The notes: generated by a model from the sequence alone, not told the origin. DNA of 63,929 nucleotides, filler included, from Choristocarpus tenellus KU-1152 (GCA_964200185.2; 12 parts of 12 records of this genome joined end to end with filler, not necessarily neighbours in it); one strand, 5' to 3'. Numbered from the whole stretch's first letter, positions 25,101-40,191 are shown. Program-made: numbers and translations.

Positions 25101-27199
25101 TTTACAATATGACCCAAGGCATGTCTGATGGTGTGAAATTCAAAACAACATTTGTATCAACCCCAAAAGGGTCGTCTTATTGACTGACTCACCTTAATTA
25201 GGGTCACCTTGAAAGATGCCATCAACTGCAAGAAGTTGGAAAATCCAGACCTCAGAACAAAAAGACAATATTGTCATTTCTGAAGGGAACAGCTGTTTAA
25301 TTGTGTGTTGTCACTCGGGCATCACAATAATCTTGTGTAGACATTCATCATGGATATAAGGTACAGAGATAAGAACCTTTGGCAAATATATTGAATTACT
25401 TGGGGAGAATGTGCATATATTGCATGGCACATGAAATATGTTGATTCTGAGCAACATGCTGGGAATTGATCTCCTAAGTATGGTACCACTTCAGATCCAA
25501 AAGCACAGCTTTGAAACTGTTTGAAATGGTGAGAGAAAGATTGCATGGAGAGAAAATAACAGCATTAACCAAAAACCAAAGAAGTGACAATATTGATGTC
25601 CCTTATTCAATCTGTAGATGGTGTAAGTGGAGGTAAATTGAATAATGCCCTCATAATAATAGGAACACACCTGCATTGAACTATTTGTTAATGTGATGGG
25701 TTTGGTATTGGGAATATCCGCATACCCATGGGTGTCTTAAATGCAAGACCCCAAATAGATGGATAAGCATCTCAAATCAAATAAGCACAACCTGACAGTC
25801 TTAGAAGAACAATTGCAACTTTTCCAGACCCTTTCACCAGACCAGGCAAGGACACCAATTATGAATGTTTCAATTTATTACCAGTCCACTTCCATTGCTT
25901 GGTGACAGGTCTGTGGGCCCCATTATGTTTGAATAGGGTTGTCAGATTTATCAGTAGATCAGTCAATGACTCACCATAGCCTGGACTACAACCCTGGACT
26001 CATGACAGCTGGTAGGAACACCTTCAGATAGAACAGCCCCTACCTGGTGAGGAGTCAAACTTGGAGGAAAGAGTTGTGGGTCACCTGCAGCATTGATGTA
26101 CTTCTGTACATGGCATGTGGTAAAGAGGAATCAAGGAGGGACTTTGCCTATCCCTATCAAATAAGAAGGTATCATACATTTGTATTTTAAAAGTATCGCA
26201 TAAGAAAAACTCCAATATTCCATGCTCTTTTTTCCAAGCATGGATGAAATGCCTGGAAATAAAGATTATTTAAATGTCATCTCTAACAATCTTATCTTGT
26301 GAATTTTCCAATCTTGGGGTGGTGAGTACCTATGCACTTCAATATGTTGCTTTACTGTGTTGATGCATATTGTATTTCAAAACATTGATAACCAAAGGAG
26401 TGTACACACACATAAGCTGATGGAGGTTGGTTTAGGGGGAGCATATCCAACTGGTCTGCATCAGTCTCATTTTCCACACTTCTTCACCATGCCCCACAAC
26501 ACAGTCATCTATGCTTTTAGTCCTGACATTTTATTTTATGAATGAACTACATTAAGACCGCCATACATCCATTTACAACCAAAAGCAATCCTGACCTTGT
26601 ATGGTTCTGCATATTCTTTGACACTAAATGGCTTTCAGTCAGGAATATCACTGGCAAAAGCAGAGTGTAGTGGGTAGGAGATACTATCCTGCAAGAGCAA
26701 AGGAACACTTTTTGACAAGAAGGTGATATTTTTAGGAGAATAAAAAGCAATGACTATTGGCACTGCAGTAGTGTTGATCCAACCTCCTTTGATTGTGCTC
26801 CCCAACAGCGGGTGTTTCCTGCTGAGAGGAGGATGGACCTGAAGAACAAAGAACATATACACTCTTGATCCAGCTCTGAGCAAACTTGGACAGTCTGCAG
26901 CTAGAACTTAGTGGAGTATGATATCCTCCTTCTCCATACACAGGAGTAGAGTTCTTTTTAAAAAATTGACCTCGTGGAGACTTTGGTCTCAGGAAGAATG
27001 CTGCTGGTTACTGCAGAGTGCATAGTAATGTTAACATTTTTGGTATAAAATTTCTTCTAACTGATTCTTGTGGAGAAAATCACCGTTCCACATTTGACTT
27101 TTGCATACTGTGCTTGAAAATGAGGTGATATTTTGCCCCTGGATGAATACCATGTGTGCATGTCTTCTATGCAGTCTGATGCTTCAGACCCTTACCATA

Positions 27200-27960
27200 A
27201 GGGACTGTCTGCACTTGCTCCCAATGATGAAAATCAATGTTTTTGAAAAAAGTGGTGCTTGACAGCAATTGCTGTATTATGATTGTCTTCCATGTTTCGA
27301 GAAACATTCACTACAGCTTGCTGCATGATGAGATATTGTATGGTATTGGGCGAAAAAGCAAATGTTGTTGACAGAGAAATTAGAGAGTTTCACACTATCA
27401 GTGGAAACCAGTTGGTAAGATGATGGGGAGGAGACTCTTTTGCAAGTTTGAGTGCGAATTTCTTGGTGCCATGTTCTCACTATTGAGCAGAGATGGCAAC
27501 AGGGTTCAGACTAATTCCCAGAAGGAAGTCAGTATCTCAGGAGAATACATGACTGCTATTGATCAATTTTTTTCTCTCTGTGGCTGCTCAGATATTATTA
27601 CATATTTTCTCCAAATACAGTTTTTTTATGTGAGCAATGATGATTATACCCTCACCTCCACACTTATTTTATCTCTATCCCTGCTCTTGATCAAACTCAA
27701 GAATGTGGTTGAACCAAGATGACTGGTAGCCCAAAGAAATTCTGTCTTGCCCATTCTTGATACATACATGCTCATAGGCTCTTATACTCTTACAGAGAAA
27801 GCTCATATCAGCACATTCAAAACTTATATGGATCAAGACCAGCGCATTGCCCAGGTATGTGGATGAAAACTACTGGATCATGGATTAAGACATCTAATGT
27901 GGTAAATGCTAAAGTTGAGTACATGGAGAGAAATGTGTCAATTTTAACCTGAAGAAATAG
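27200..27960 (+). pseudogene. Possible hAT transposase remnant
   Basis: LPCFEKHSLQLA (CxxHxLxL-like), in-frame QRW about 66 codons later, then LKNVVEP; many stops. Confidence 0.35.
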
Positions 27961-29629
27961 ACCAAGATCCAAATGCTGTCTCCAGTGAGCAGTCAGCAGC
28001 CAACAGTCAGCTGAGGAAAGTCAACAAACAAACAATATTTTACATATATATATTGATCTTACACAGAGCTGGGCGTCCTGTAAATCCGGTTCATTTCCAA
28101 CCTTACATAGTCCAGATAACATAGTATTCAAAATTGAGTGTGGGGCAACATCTTCTTAAGTTTAGGCAATTGGAAAAGGAAAAAACGATTGTGGTGACAC
28201 TCTCAAGAAGAGGATTCCAAATCCGGCCTTTAAGCCTGATGGTATCTATATGAGATATCTCGGCTCACAATTAAACCAAAATTCTTCCAAATGATGTCAC
28301 ATTGATTGTAATTGAACCGGTACGTCCAATGATATGTAGGTCAATGCGTGTAACATCACCAATCTAAAGAAAAAATCGGTATGTGACAGGCTATGATTGA
28401 GAATATCATGTTGCATGACCACAGCTATCTTATGTTTCCTGGGTCATACATCACACAACATTTACTAGAAAGCCCCAGAGTTCAAAATGCTGTGGCTGCA
28501 AAACACCCCAAGGCAAGTTAAAATGTCTCAGATCTGTTCGTCAGAGTGAAACCTTTGCACCTATTTTCTCAGAGACAAGAGGTTCTTGAGACATTGCAAA
28601 ATGTTGGCATCTTAGATCCGAGCTTACATCTTTCTGAAAATTCTATTTAAAAAACATTAATGATTTGGCATCTCTTGTCAAACGACCTTCCAACACCCCA
28701 TGCACACTCCTCACCGTTTAATTAAAAAAGCTTTCATATTTTTGTACCTGCTACTTGGTGTAAGATTAAGCTGGAAATTGTTTTGTGCATGGTTGTTAAC
28801 CATAAAAACACCTAAAATGGCGGAGTGACTAGGACAGAATAACTCCAGACAAATATAGGGACATTTTATTCTACAATCCAGCTTGTTCAGCTGAGTTGGA
28901 TCTTTCAGACGATAGCAAGGTAAGTGTCCAAAACATCTCCCCTGTGTCGACATAACTCACTAAGTAGAGGGTTATTGAAGGTCACCATCCTTTTTGGGGT
29001 AGGGGATATGGGTTGGCACAAGGTGATACCACAGATTCCAGTGAATTAAGTATAACCTAATCTTGACACTGTAGCTATGGCTTGCGGTTTATTTTATTGG
29101 ATGCCCTCCTTCCTTGCCAACCACATACATGCACGTGAGCATACAATCTGAGGCTATCTCTCTTCACAGAAGACAGAGTTTTGATTATAAATTATTTACG
29201 AGTTTCGGGACTAGTCTAACCCACGAGGAAATGTTTTTGAAACAAGGCAGACAATATACTTCAGTCTAATTCATTGACTTCAACAAGAGAGATCATGAAC
29301 AAAACATCGTTGAAGTTTGCAGGACTGATCAAGTGATGGACAGGTGACTTCATGAGTGGGACATTGCTCCACCAGTACCATTAGGTTAGGTGACCCCCAG
29401 AGTGCCTCAAGCAGGCAGTCTTAGAAAAATAGGAAAATTAGAACCCTTGGACCTCCTTTATGCAATAAACTCAGAGAGTATCAACTGAACTATTTGACGT
29501 AACATTATGCTGTGCTGCTTGCTCAGTTGATGCCCTACAGACCATGCAAACACCCCTTAAGATGGGATGTACTGTGGAGTACTTACTGCTGCATACACGC
29601 TCTGAAGGGATATACATAATGCATATATA

Positions 29630-29720
29630 TATTATATTATATTATACTATATTATACTATATTATACTATATTATACTATATTATACTATATTATACTAT
29701 ATTATACTATATTATATATA
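29630..29720. repeat. (ATTATACTAT)n 10-bp tandem repeat
   Basis: Directly visible. Confidence 0.9.
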
Positions 29721-32700
29721 TGTATGGTTGATCAGTATGTGCGGTGCAGAGCACTTCCACTTCCCACCTACACATTCTTTCACACTGCACCAAGGCTTGA
29801 CTCCCCTCTACATGAAATGTTAGGATCTGGTAATGAAAAGTGTTTTTGCTCCACACAAACCACACTCCCAACATCAGCGGTCATTTGTACCTGCCCAGTG
29901 AACTACTTGCAGTCTAGACACCCAACCATACTGGCACACTTTTTTGTGGAAAGTCCAAATTCACCAGTTCACCAGAGAGAGACAGACCCCTTACAGATTA
30001 CTTGGGCCTCTTTAACTTAATAATCATACCTCCGAACCCATGCACCTCCTACTGGCTGGTGATGTTGTTGCCACAAGTTTAACAAACCAGAAGATGTCCT
30101 TCCTATTATACTATATACTAGTATGTTATATTATACTTCCATCTCAGTCATGCTATACTTACATTGATTGCGTCAGCATACTGAAATTTTTTCCTGCTTC
30201 ATCAAGTAACTTGTCTTAACTGGTGATTTGCCAAGTAATAATAGTTGTATGCTGAGGTAGCTGTTCAAGGAATCATATATATGATGGAAAGGAATTTTAT
30301 TGCCAAGTTCCTTGGGAACGCGTAGCACTCAATGCTTGGTGCCAAATAATTGACTTTGAAAGGCATCTAAACCCTGCCAACACGTTGGTATTTTGTTGTT
30401 GAATTTCAAAACTTATCATTCCACGTGGAACATTCACCTGCTTCAAGATTTTCTTCCACATTGATATAGTGAATAATCTAATGGAGACATTTAAACATAT
30501 TTTGTCTCAATTTCAAAAAACATTTACAACTGCCATTTTGTGTTGTCTCAATCTCACCTTGCTCTTGACAAAATGGCACATTCAAATGTGTCTACTTGGA
30601 AGTATCCTTGGACGAATTTGCAAATAAAAATCCGTAAGGATGGTGGGATGTGGTTGAATTGCAGGACACAGGTTTCAGCAATAGATTCATTCACCTCATT
30701 AGTTTCTATACCCTGTGTTCGATTAATAATGTGTCAACTGGTCTGTTTGCAATATTCACAGCTGAGCTGTTGAATTAAAAGGTTAGGAGTCAAGAATATG
30801 CACAAGATCTAGCAGGATACTGATTGTCAATATACAAAATTGTTTGAGCTCTTTCACACGAAAGAAATGGATTAATGAATCATGGGTACAAAGATTTCTA
30901 TGTTGCTTCAATTACCCGAAAATGGTAGCAATAGGTACCCATCTCTCCTATACATTATTGTGAACACTTGATGAGTGGGTTTAAGAATCTGAACTTTGAG
31001 TCTGTCTTTATTGACTGCATTGGCGGCAAAACTTCCAGAGGGTGGTCATGATGGAAGCATTGCTTTATTCTCTGGTGTAACTTTGTGACAATCCACGTCC
31101 AACTTGCAGTAGGACTGTTAGCACCAAGGACAGTTAAAGATGCACTGAGTGTGCACTTGTGACAGTACCTTGAGAGCATGGAAAACTAAATTCAAGGGAT
31201 ATGCCAACACTCTAGTATAATGGTCTCCCAATTGCAATTGGTCACGGTAAGTGACATGGCTTGTCTGTGGTACATAGTCGATAAATTGTCTTTCCCCTTC
31301 TGCTTGTTTTCTTGTGATTCTTCTCTGTATGCTTTTTTTGCATTTGAAAACCTTAATCCATTTTGCTACTCCTCCTCCTTTCTGGTTTACTATTCCATTT
31401 TTTCCCATTTCATCTTTTACAGTGATAATCATTGTGGTCTTCTATCTAGTGCACCAACTTACCTGGGATGCTGGTGACCCCTGTGGTGGTAAGGGAAGTG
31501 GGCACCTCCACTTATGTACATGGTTGTAGACCTATGATGAGAAATAGTTTCTGTTGAGCTCCTCCACCTTGATGCCCATCTTAATCAGACCCACTACACC
31601 TCGTGAGTCCCATAAACACCCTATACCCGTAACAAGCTTAACACCTTCATGAAAGTGAAGATTGGGAGGTGGCATGCATGAGTCGGCTAGTACTTTCTCA
31701 GAACCATTATCATTGAGGTACACAGCCCTGCCACTAGTACCAGAGTTGGTTCAATACCTAACAGCTCTAGGTAGGTAGGTGCCTTAAACTGTATCCACAT
31801 GGTTGATACTTCCCCAGAAATCTGAGTGATCTAGTTTCGCCACCTCCATCCATGGGATTATGGGGATGGTCAGCACCACCTGTACTAGACCCCCTTATCA
31901 GACGCTTCATCCTCATAACGATCCTGTTGTTGCTTTGGCGAAAGTACTACTACATAGAGCTAGCAGCCTTGAGAGTTCGTTATTCTCAGCTGCATCTTTC
32001 AACTTTCAAGGACTTCATCCCAGTCCAGTTTGCGATCCATTTAACCTGCTCCACAGTAGTCTGAATAATCTGAAGGCCTTAGACCGGTGTTTTTAATCTT
32101 TGTCCAAACCAACATCACTCCCAGTTTCTGAGCCTCATTGGACGTTATGGCATTCTGCCAAAAGAGGAATGGTCCAAGTTATTCTTTTTGAGGATTTCCA
32201 GAACATGTCCTCTCTGAAACTAGAGGGTCCTTAAGGCTTACTGGTTGGAGTGCTTCTTACCTTCATAATTTCACCCTGATGCCAGACTTTTTCCCATGGA
32301 TTCTGGTTCTGATCATTCCAACAGAGTCCACATGGCAAGCTTTATGGATTGTGCACTATCCTATTGTTGCTATACAACAATATTACCAGACCAAGAATGC
32401 GGTTGAAGGGTTTCACTGCTAGACAATCAATTCCAAGGTGGATCCACAGGAAAATTTGAGGGAGAGGACAGAATGACAAATAATGGGATGATCGAACCCA
32501 ACTTCATGAGAAATGAGGCATGAACTGAGGAAGTATTAATTAGTCCTTGTGCAACAACTAGTAAGGTTAGAGTGCAACTTGTTGGCAACATGAAGTATGT
32601 TTTTGTGCTAATGTTTGCACAAAGTTGCCATAATTGGTCTACCTTCAACTGTTCTACACGTGAAAACAGTTATGTCACTTGAAATCAAGGTCTGGATTTT

Positions 32701-33300
32701 CTGTATTTCAAACCCAAAAGAATGCACGTACACAGAACTAGCCAGAGGGCATATGTGAGAGATGGAGTAATTGTGCGTTTCTATCCCATCATGCACAGTG
32801 AATGCTTGTTCTGGTGTCTTCCCCCTGACAATATCTGCAAATGGTGGTATAGTATGTACTCAGAGTATTATACTTTGAAGTACCTCATTGTACATACGTA
32901 GTACAGATCTTTTTTTTTCCTCCTTTGTGAGCATAAGAAATACTGTAAAATGTGTTGAGTTTTCAAAAGAATTATCAGAAAATTTCCAGGGCTTTTCGTT
33001 GGGTAGGGTAGTTAGCATGTCCAATGTTGGCCATATGGCCAAGGGCCGGTCCGTGACCTGGCCATGTTGGAACGGTCAATGGTCATAGACTCGGTAATGT
33101 TTGAACTTAGTTATACATGGCCAGTGGGGACCCCAGTCATGTTGAGTGAGTGATGGCCATGGACTTGACCATGTTTGAACTTGGTTGTGGCCAGCCACAG
33201 NNNNNNNNNNNNNNNNNNNNNNNNNNNNNNNNNNNNNNNNNNNNTTAATTAATTAANNNNNNNNNNNNNNNNNNNNNNNNNNNNNNNNNNNNNNNNNNNN

Positions 33301-36300
33301 CTCCCAAACAAACAGTCCACATCCGCCGAGATCACCCCCCCCCGCCCCATCCGTCACACACCTTGCCACTGATTTCCTTGAGGATCTGGAGGTAATTCTG
33401 GGTCTTGGTCCAGGTATCGATGGACGGTCGACCATCAGCAGCGCGGCTGGGGCTATCATCCAACAGGCCGTTCCTGCACCCTGAACTCCCTCCGCTGCTG
33501 CCACTTCCGCCACTCTGCCCCTTGAGACGCTTGCGACCACTCCGATTCCTGGTGTGCCCTCTCCCTCCTCGAACCTTTCGAGTCGGGGTGCTACCTCCGC
33601 CTTGCCGAGGAGACCGGGGAGGAGACAAAATCTCGACCCCAAAGGCCATAGCCTGGCGGGCACCACCTCCACGATCTTTCCTCAGTGTTTTTTCCCAGTG
33701 GAAGCCAGTTGAGACCCTGCGGAGGGGAAGGGTGAGATTGTTGGCAGCGGCACCACAAGAAGGGGGCGAAGGAATGAAGGCAAGGCCATTCTTAGATCTC
33801 TTGCATGAACAAACTGTACCTTAAGTCACAAGAAAAGCTGACCCAACCTGTGCAACTTCCCCAGGTAGGTTTTTGGAACATTTTCTACTACCCCTTAAAA
33901 AAAGTTTATTGCTGCGCTGCAGTGGAATCATGAATGGATCATTGCACTGCGATAAGAGGTCAAGTCAGAGACGTTTCGCCACACAAGCAACTACCCCAGA
34001 GTAATAAATCTGCAACGCAAACAAGGAACACTTGGTAGCAAAAAAGGGGCCGCTTGGACACAGTAGACACAAACATGAGCATACTTCTGAAAATGCTATT
34101 ACAGACGCTTGACCCTAAAGCTACTTCAATCTATACCACAGTTGTCTAGCACAAGACACTCAAAATACGATATATCTCAATGGAGCGGTGATGATAGTTG
34201 GGAGGTGTGCTGCAGGGAAGAGAGTTCCAAATACTCCTTGTACACACCATATTTTTTCCAGTAATGTGTGAGGTCGAAGCGTTTTCTTCCGGAAAAAAAC
34301 AAAAAAAGCGCTCCAGACATGAAGCAAGCAACGCACCACCACATCAGTCACCACCACATCAGACACCACACTTTGCTTGCAAAATAAGGTTCAAAATTCA
34401 TAGCATTTAGGCCAACCCAACTATCAGCACGATATGCGAGAGTGCTTTAACACAGTAAGGTCCCTCCTCTCTCGCCTCGGAGTCACAATGCCATCCTTGT
34501 TCCTTCGGGTCGGTGCCATGAAACTGGCTGAGTCAGGGGTACACCCATATTTCATAAGCTCCTCGCCCCCATCCTCCTTGCCCTTGATCACTCGGCCTTT
34601 GTGGCACCGGTCAGCTTCTCCATCCTCCACTCTTTCCCCCCCTTGATCTCCTCTCATCATAGCACCCCTCCCCACTCGCCTGCCTCTGCCAGTAGGGCTG
34701 TCCTGGGTAAGTGCCACCCCTGACTCCATCACCTGCAAGGCTGGCCGTGGTCTGTTGTGGGCATTACCCCTGGATGGCAAGGCTGCCTTAACTGCCTCCT
34801 GCGCCTGTACTTGTGTTTGCTTTTGAAGGGGGGCAACTCCTGTCCTGGCCACTGCAGGGTTCCGAGAGGACTTGGAGGGGGTAACTTTGATTCTAGCATT
34901 AGAACAGTTTCGCTCATCAACCCTCTTTGAACCATAAGACTTGGACATTGAAGGGACAGGCGGCTTGAGGCGACTTCGCCCCCCGCCAGTCCTTCGATTT
35001 GGGGTAGTGCACTCCTTGGAAGGACTTGTCACAGGGGCTATGATTGATGTTGCATATCACAGGGATGAGGGGCAGGGTGGGGTAAGTGGGGGTGGGTGAG
35101 TCGGGGCATATGGATCTTGAACAGTCTATTCGTACTGACAAAGTGCTGCTAGTCTTGCCATTATAAAGCGTAACTGGAAAAGAACTGGAAAGGATAGTAT
35201 GCCCGTGAAGTTGGTAATATTAATGTGATCCTGGCATCTGGTTTTTGGTCAAAGCATCATCCAACACATCAACAAAGTTAGTACCCAAAATCCCGTTAAG
35301 GATACATCTGTGTCAGGGATGCCGCACCCAAGAATAAAATTCATCTTCGCGGATAACATAGACTTCCCTCTCACCTATTGTGCCAGCAGCGTCTTTCCCA
35401 ACAGAAAAAAGGCAATCGCCAACTCCGTCCTCAAGATAATCCACATTCCCACGACGATTGCTTTTGGTTGCACGCGGCGACAAGCTGCCAGTATTCCCAT
35501 CCCCCTCTTTCATCCCAAGCTCCCCTTTGCTTCCCTCCTCTTTCCCTTCCTCCTGCCAAGAGACCTCCATTTCTACATTACGGCCAATCATGTTGTGTCT
35601 GGAAGATGGAACAGGTCCAAACCCGCCACCATCATCAATCTGACCACTACCTGGTTGTTTCGAAATCGGCATGCCACAAGGATGATCACTATCAGTATTC
35701 AGTCCAGATTGTGTGCCTTCTCCATCATGCCTGACGTTCTCCCCTCCCCCTCGTGAAGGAGAATCTTCTCCTCCTACCAGAGATTTGGAGTCTGTTCTTG
35801 CACAATTCCCACCACTCCTGCTTACAGACGCCGTCCCTCCGCCTGAGCCCTTCTCCCTAGGTAGCAGCGGCGAGCCCAACCCCAGGGTAGAGGTGGATGG
35901 AGTGCTTCCGTTGGATAGGCGTCGATCATTCTCATTGTTCGTGTCCTTGCCAACCTTGTTCCGCTTATCAGTTCAGTTCACGTTGCAGCGGAAAGGGGGA
36001 AGAAGGAGGAAAGGGGGTGAGAGGAGGTTACGGCTATGCCTGTTGGGAAGCTGAAGACTTCCCGCGGGTTGGATTTCGCCAGAAGGTGCGCTCCCTTCTT
36101 CGAGGAAGTGTAATCCCTCCCACCATCAAGACACCCAGCGAAAAACACTGGAGAGCAAGGCTTCAGGATGCAATGCTGGGTAGTGCAACTGGAAGCACCT
36201 TACCTCCATGGCATCATCATCTCTGACTTGTTCGGCTGTTCCAATAAGGTGAACTTCCTCCTTGGTCAAGAATACTTGGGCATCGAAGTTTTGCTCATCC

Positions 36301-36504
36301 AGGGGCACGAGTACCCACTTCTTTTCATGAGACTGCGCTGGCTCACGGATACACAACTTGCGGATCACAATGCACTCGTCCTGGGGGGACTTGCGCAGGG
36401 AGGTCTGCAAATGACCCCTTAAACCCTCTAGGTCAGTGTTGTAGTTGACCAGAAGGTTGCGCCTAAGTTTCTTTTCGTGGAAAGACCAGAGAAAAGGGAG
36501 ACAG
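33301..36504 (-). CDS. Fragment of a multi-exon gene, unknown, mostly disordered protein
   Basis: Same-strand open stretches at about 36504-36204 (acceptor TTACAG|, donor GAG|GTAAGG), 35965-35331, 35030-34430 and 33760-33301; GC-richer than flanks; no domain recognised; most boundaries approximate. Confidence 0.5.
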
Positions 36505-37877
36505 CTGTAAGGAAAGCCGAGGTCAAAGACTGCCTAGACTGAGGGTGTGGTAGTTTTACTGATTACCTCAACAAGGAGCATTATTTCAGTGAGGAGGGCG
36601 GTAGCATGCAAGAGTGACGAATGAAGCTAAACTTGGGAGAAGAGGAGGGACGCTTTCAAAGGTATATGGAGGTGAAGTGCAGCCATTGAGGAAGTGTTTG
36701 AAAAACCATAACGAAACGAATTCACAGCGGAGGAAAATCTACTGACCAAGAAAGGAACATTTATGCTGTGTTTAGCGTCTAGTCAGTTTCGACTCGACGG
36801 AAATCAGGTTTCCAGAGAGAGAGGGAAAGTGTTTTTGTCTGTCTCACTTTTCCGTTAGCAAGCTTCACAACCAAGGTCGTGACACGGTTCGTAGAGGCAT
36901 TGGTTGGCATCTCCTACACTCTTAGAGATGAACAGACCCTTATCCCCCCAAGATCACAAGGTGGATGGGGCAGGACCTGGGTGAGCCAGGCCCGTTGTTG
37001 ATGGGTCGACTCAGATTCAGTTGGTCCTTTTCACGTTTTGAACATAACCCCACCCTCCCTTCCCCCAAGTTCCTACTTTCAAGTGCTGTGTTGTAGTTGT
37101 GATTGGGTGATGAGGACATCCATAAATATACAATAAAACCGAAGAACCCCACACTAATATTGAATGATATAATCAGTAATAGCATTCTATAAAAATGGAG
37201 AGAGTAAGGTGTAAGTAAGTACACAACAATATAGCTATAGTAATATCTAAAAATGTTATCGGGGATAATATATTTAGTTGTAGTAATCATATTTATAATA
37301 GTAGTATACCAGTTGACAACTTCAGATATCGGGGTCTTCATACTTTCCAACGATCAGATTAGTGTTTCTCACATTTGTGATATATTTTACTTCTATAAGT
37401 TTATAGTGACATGTAAATAGTTTTCATTCATTGGTTTTCCTCCAAGCACATTTGGAAGATGTAAAAAGGCATAAATAATACATAGTAAAATATATAGTAT
37501 ATTGTGTACATCCTCGCCAACATCACATACGAATTTTTCATTGAAATTTGAATTTTGTTTTTGTGATGTGGTCAGGAGATGGAATATGTCGAACCACATC
37601 AATCGTTCTTTGTCTTACGACCACATCTTACTTTGTTCTTGTATTTTTATTTCTATGCCCTCTCACATTTTTTTGACATGTGCCAGGGAAAAGTCCAAGT
37701 CAATATCATCCCCCCCCAGGGGCACAGGAATAGGTAGATGGGAAGATAAGGACGACAGTAGTACAATATTTGATAGTNNNNNNNNNNNNNNNNNNNNNNN
37801 NNNNNNNNNNNNNNNNNNNNNTTAATTAATTAANNNNNNNNNNNNNNNNNNNNNNNNNNNNNNNNNNNNNNNNNNNN

Positions 37878-38012
37878 CGTTTCAGTCAAACAACTCTTTT
37901 TTTTTCTTTCTTTTCAAATCCGACACGTGCGACCAAATCAAACCAAAAAATTAAAAATAAAAAAAAGGGTGAAAAACGGACGCCGACACCCCCCCCCAAG
38001 ATACGTTTACCC
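37878..38012. mobile_element. MITE family B, right part
   Basis: Overlaps the internal sequence of 58886-58976 (GTCAAAC..TCTTTTT..TTCAAATCCGA) and ends in the TIR shared with 23906-23953. Confidence 0.8.
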
Positions 38013-38395
38013 TACATGCCACCCTTTAATTGGGTTTGGTTAGGAGTTTGGACGTTTGCATGTGTCCGATTTCGAGTCTGCTCAAACAGGTTTATCGGTT
38101 TATGTATGTTGGTCGCGCAGTTACAATGAAGAACAAGAGATACGTGTTAGGCTATTCCAGGGCTGGATTTTTTTTTTTTGTTGCATGACTGGGATTTGGT
38201 TAGTCGAAATAGAGGGTTGTCGGTTAGGGTGTGTTTTCCCACTGTTTTTGAGGAGTTGAAAAAAATAATATGGGCTGTTGCGAGGTTGCTCTTTTCGTTT
38301 ATTTGCTTGCATCGGTCGTGTCTGGTGCGTACACAAAGAGGACTGTCAGTTTGGGCCTGTTTTCCTGGCGTGTGCACGAGGAACCAAAGCATACG

Positions 38396-38640
38396 GAACC
38401 AAAATGTCTTAGAGGGTAGAGCGGTGTCGAAATGGGGGTCAAACACAAAAATTGTGATTTTGATGTAGATTTGGTTATGTTGTATATCAGTAAGTGTTCT
38501 GGACGCACCTTTTCATAACGTATACATTTTTCTACTCAGAAACGTTTCAGAGTAGGTAAATGTCATTAACAAAACGTTAGAAGTCAAGCACTAAAGGGAC
38601 AAGCAGGGCAAAACTTGTACCCTTTAAGATACCTTCGCTT
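38396..38640 (+). mobile_element. MITE family A, diverged copy
   Basis: Co-linear with 40277-40534; both degenerate TIRs present. Confidence 0.8.
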
Positions 38641-39428
38641 TGTATCATGCACAGTTTAAATCTAACACGTCGTTTGTTTGTGTGCATGTGTTGTATGTTG
38701 TATGTAGTGAGATGTGGTTGTCGCTGAGGATGTTAGGGTTGAAGTTATTGATATGAAGTACGGGAAAATGTGTAGACGGAATATGGACGTGTATACGAGT
38801 GGTTATTGGTCAAGAAATATTGTCGTACGTTCCGAGGAAAGTAGTCCAAGGTACAATTCCACAGGTCCTGGGACGGTGCTGTTGTTAGAGGCATCGTGCG
38901 TGGACTTAGTTATATGATCCTCCAAGATTCGAATGACTACACTTGATCGAAACTAGTTTGTCGACAGTTGGGCAAAGCAAGAGGTGGTGCATAGAGTATT
39001 GAGAAGAATGGGGGGAGGTGCGTTATCGTATACAAGGAATAAATAATGGCTCACGGAAGGACAGGGTATTCATCGCTGCCCCTGGCGAATCGTTTAGAAA
39101 GGTTAGCTGAGCAGATGGAGAAGAGTTGTTTGATTGATGTATTATATTTTAGGGTTGTAACATTGTAGCAGAACATTGTCCCCACACGACGACGCCACAC
39201 TTGACATGGAGCAGACAGTAATGAAGGAGTTTGATGTGTTCTGTCGGACAGTAAAGCGATCAGTTTCCATAGAGCCCCAAGCCCACAAGGTTCCGATGTG
39301 CAACACGCATCCCCTAGTATCCCTTCCCTGATAGATACACTGTTAACCCTAATTCCTCCACACCCTCAGAGCTCGGTTCTTTAACGGTATCCTAACCACA
39401 CACAATCGCACACTTGATATACATGTAG

Positions 39429-40191
39429 CCCACGGACGAGGTCAAGGAGCAGTATTTTGCAAGATTGTGTGCCGATGTCCTCGCTGGAGCCGGCTTAGCC
39501 ATCCTTAGAGGGGAGACTCCCCAAGGCCATCGCTGGCGCGACATTGTCGAGGTAGCTGCCCGCGTCTTCTCAGAACAGGCTGCAAAAAAATTGCCTACTG
39601 ACGCGCTTGCGTTGACGTATGTTGTCGGGATGGAGACATTTCCAGAGGAATGGGTAAGTCAATTCTGACTTACTCGATTAAAGTAACGTATGGATGTATA
39701 TGCATATACCCCCCTCCTGACCCTGCAACAGCCGCAATGTTTACCACCTATTTGGTACCTCGCGAGTCAGACACCCATGTCATCCATGTTACTTACCGTT
39801 CCACCACCCATGTGCTTCTCCGTGACAGTTCTCCCACACTCCTAGGGGCGTCCGGAACAAACGACCCCCGGCCCACCAGAACGAAGGAAAGAAGAAGACA
39901 AGAGGAAAGGGGAAGAAGAATAGACCAGGAGTCGGCGATCCAGACACGGCGTCTGCCGCCCAGGCGGAGGAGGAGTGGGCGTTTCAACCATGGAAGGTCC
40001 AGTTGGCATGCATGAGACGTGTGCACACGAGGAATGTCCTCATCAAGGGGGCTGTCCTGGAGGTCGCCATCCAAGATGTGAACGACCTAAACAGGCAAGA
40101 CAAGCTCGGAATAGACCCCTACACCGATGACTCACCAGGAGAGTCTTCAGCAGAGGGTCCTCCTACAAAAAAATATTTCCTCAGCGACAAG
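39429..40191 (+). CDS. Two exons (39429-39653, 39829-40191) of an unknown gene; a possible further exon from 40572
   Basis: TAG|CCC...TGG|GTAAGT and CAG|TTC...AAG|GTACTC; 75 and 121 codons, both phase 0 and open; basic KKKTRGKGKKNR stretch. Confidence 0.55.

Noticed and set aside
25160-25200. Q*DDPFG resembling the RT motif QGDPLG on the minus strand
   Set aside because: No correctly oriented flanking RT motifs found.
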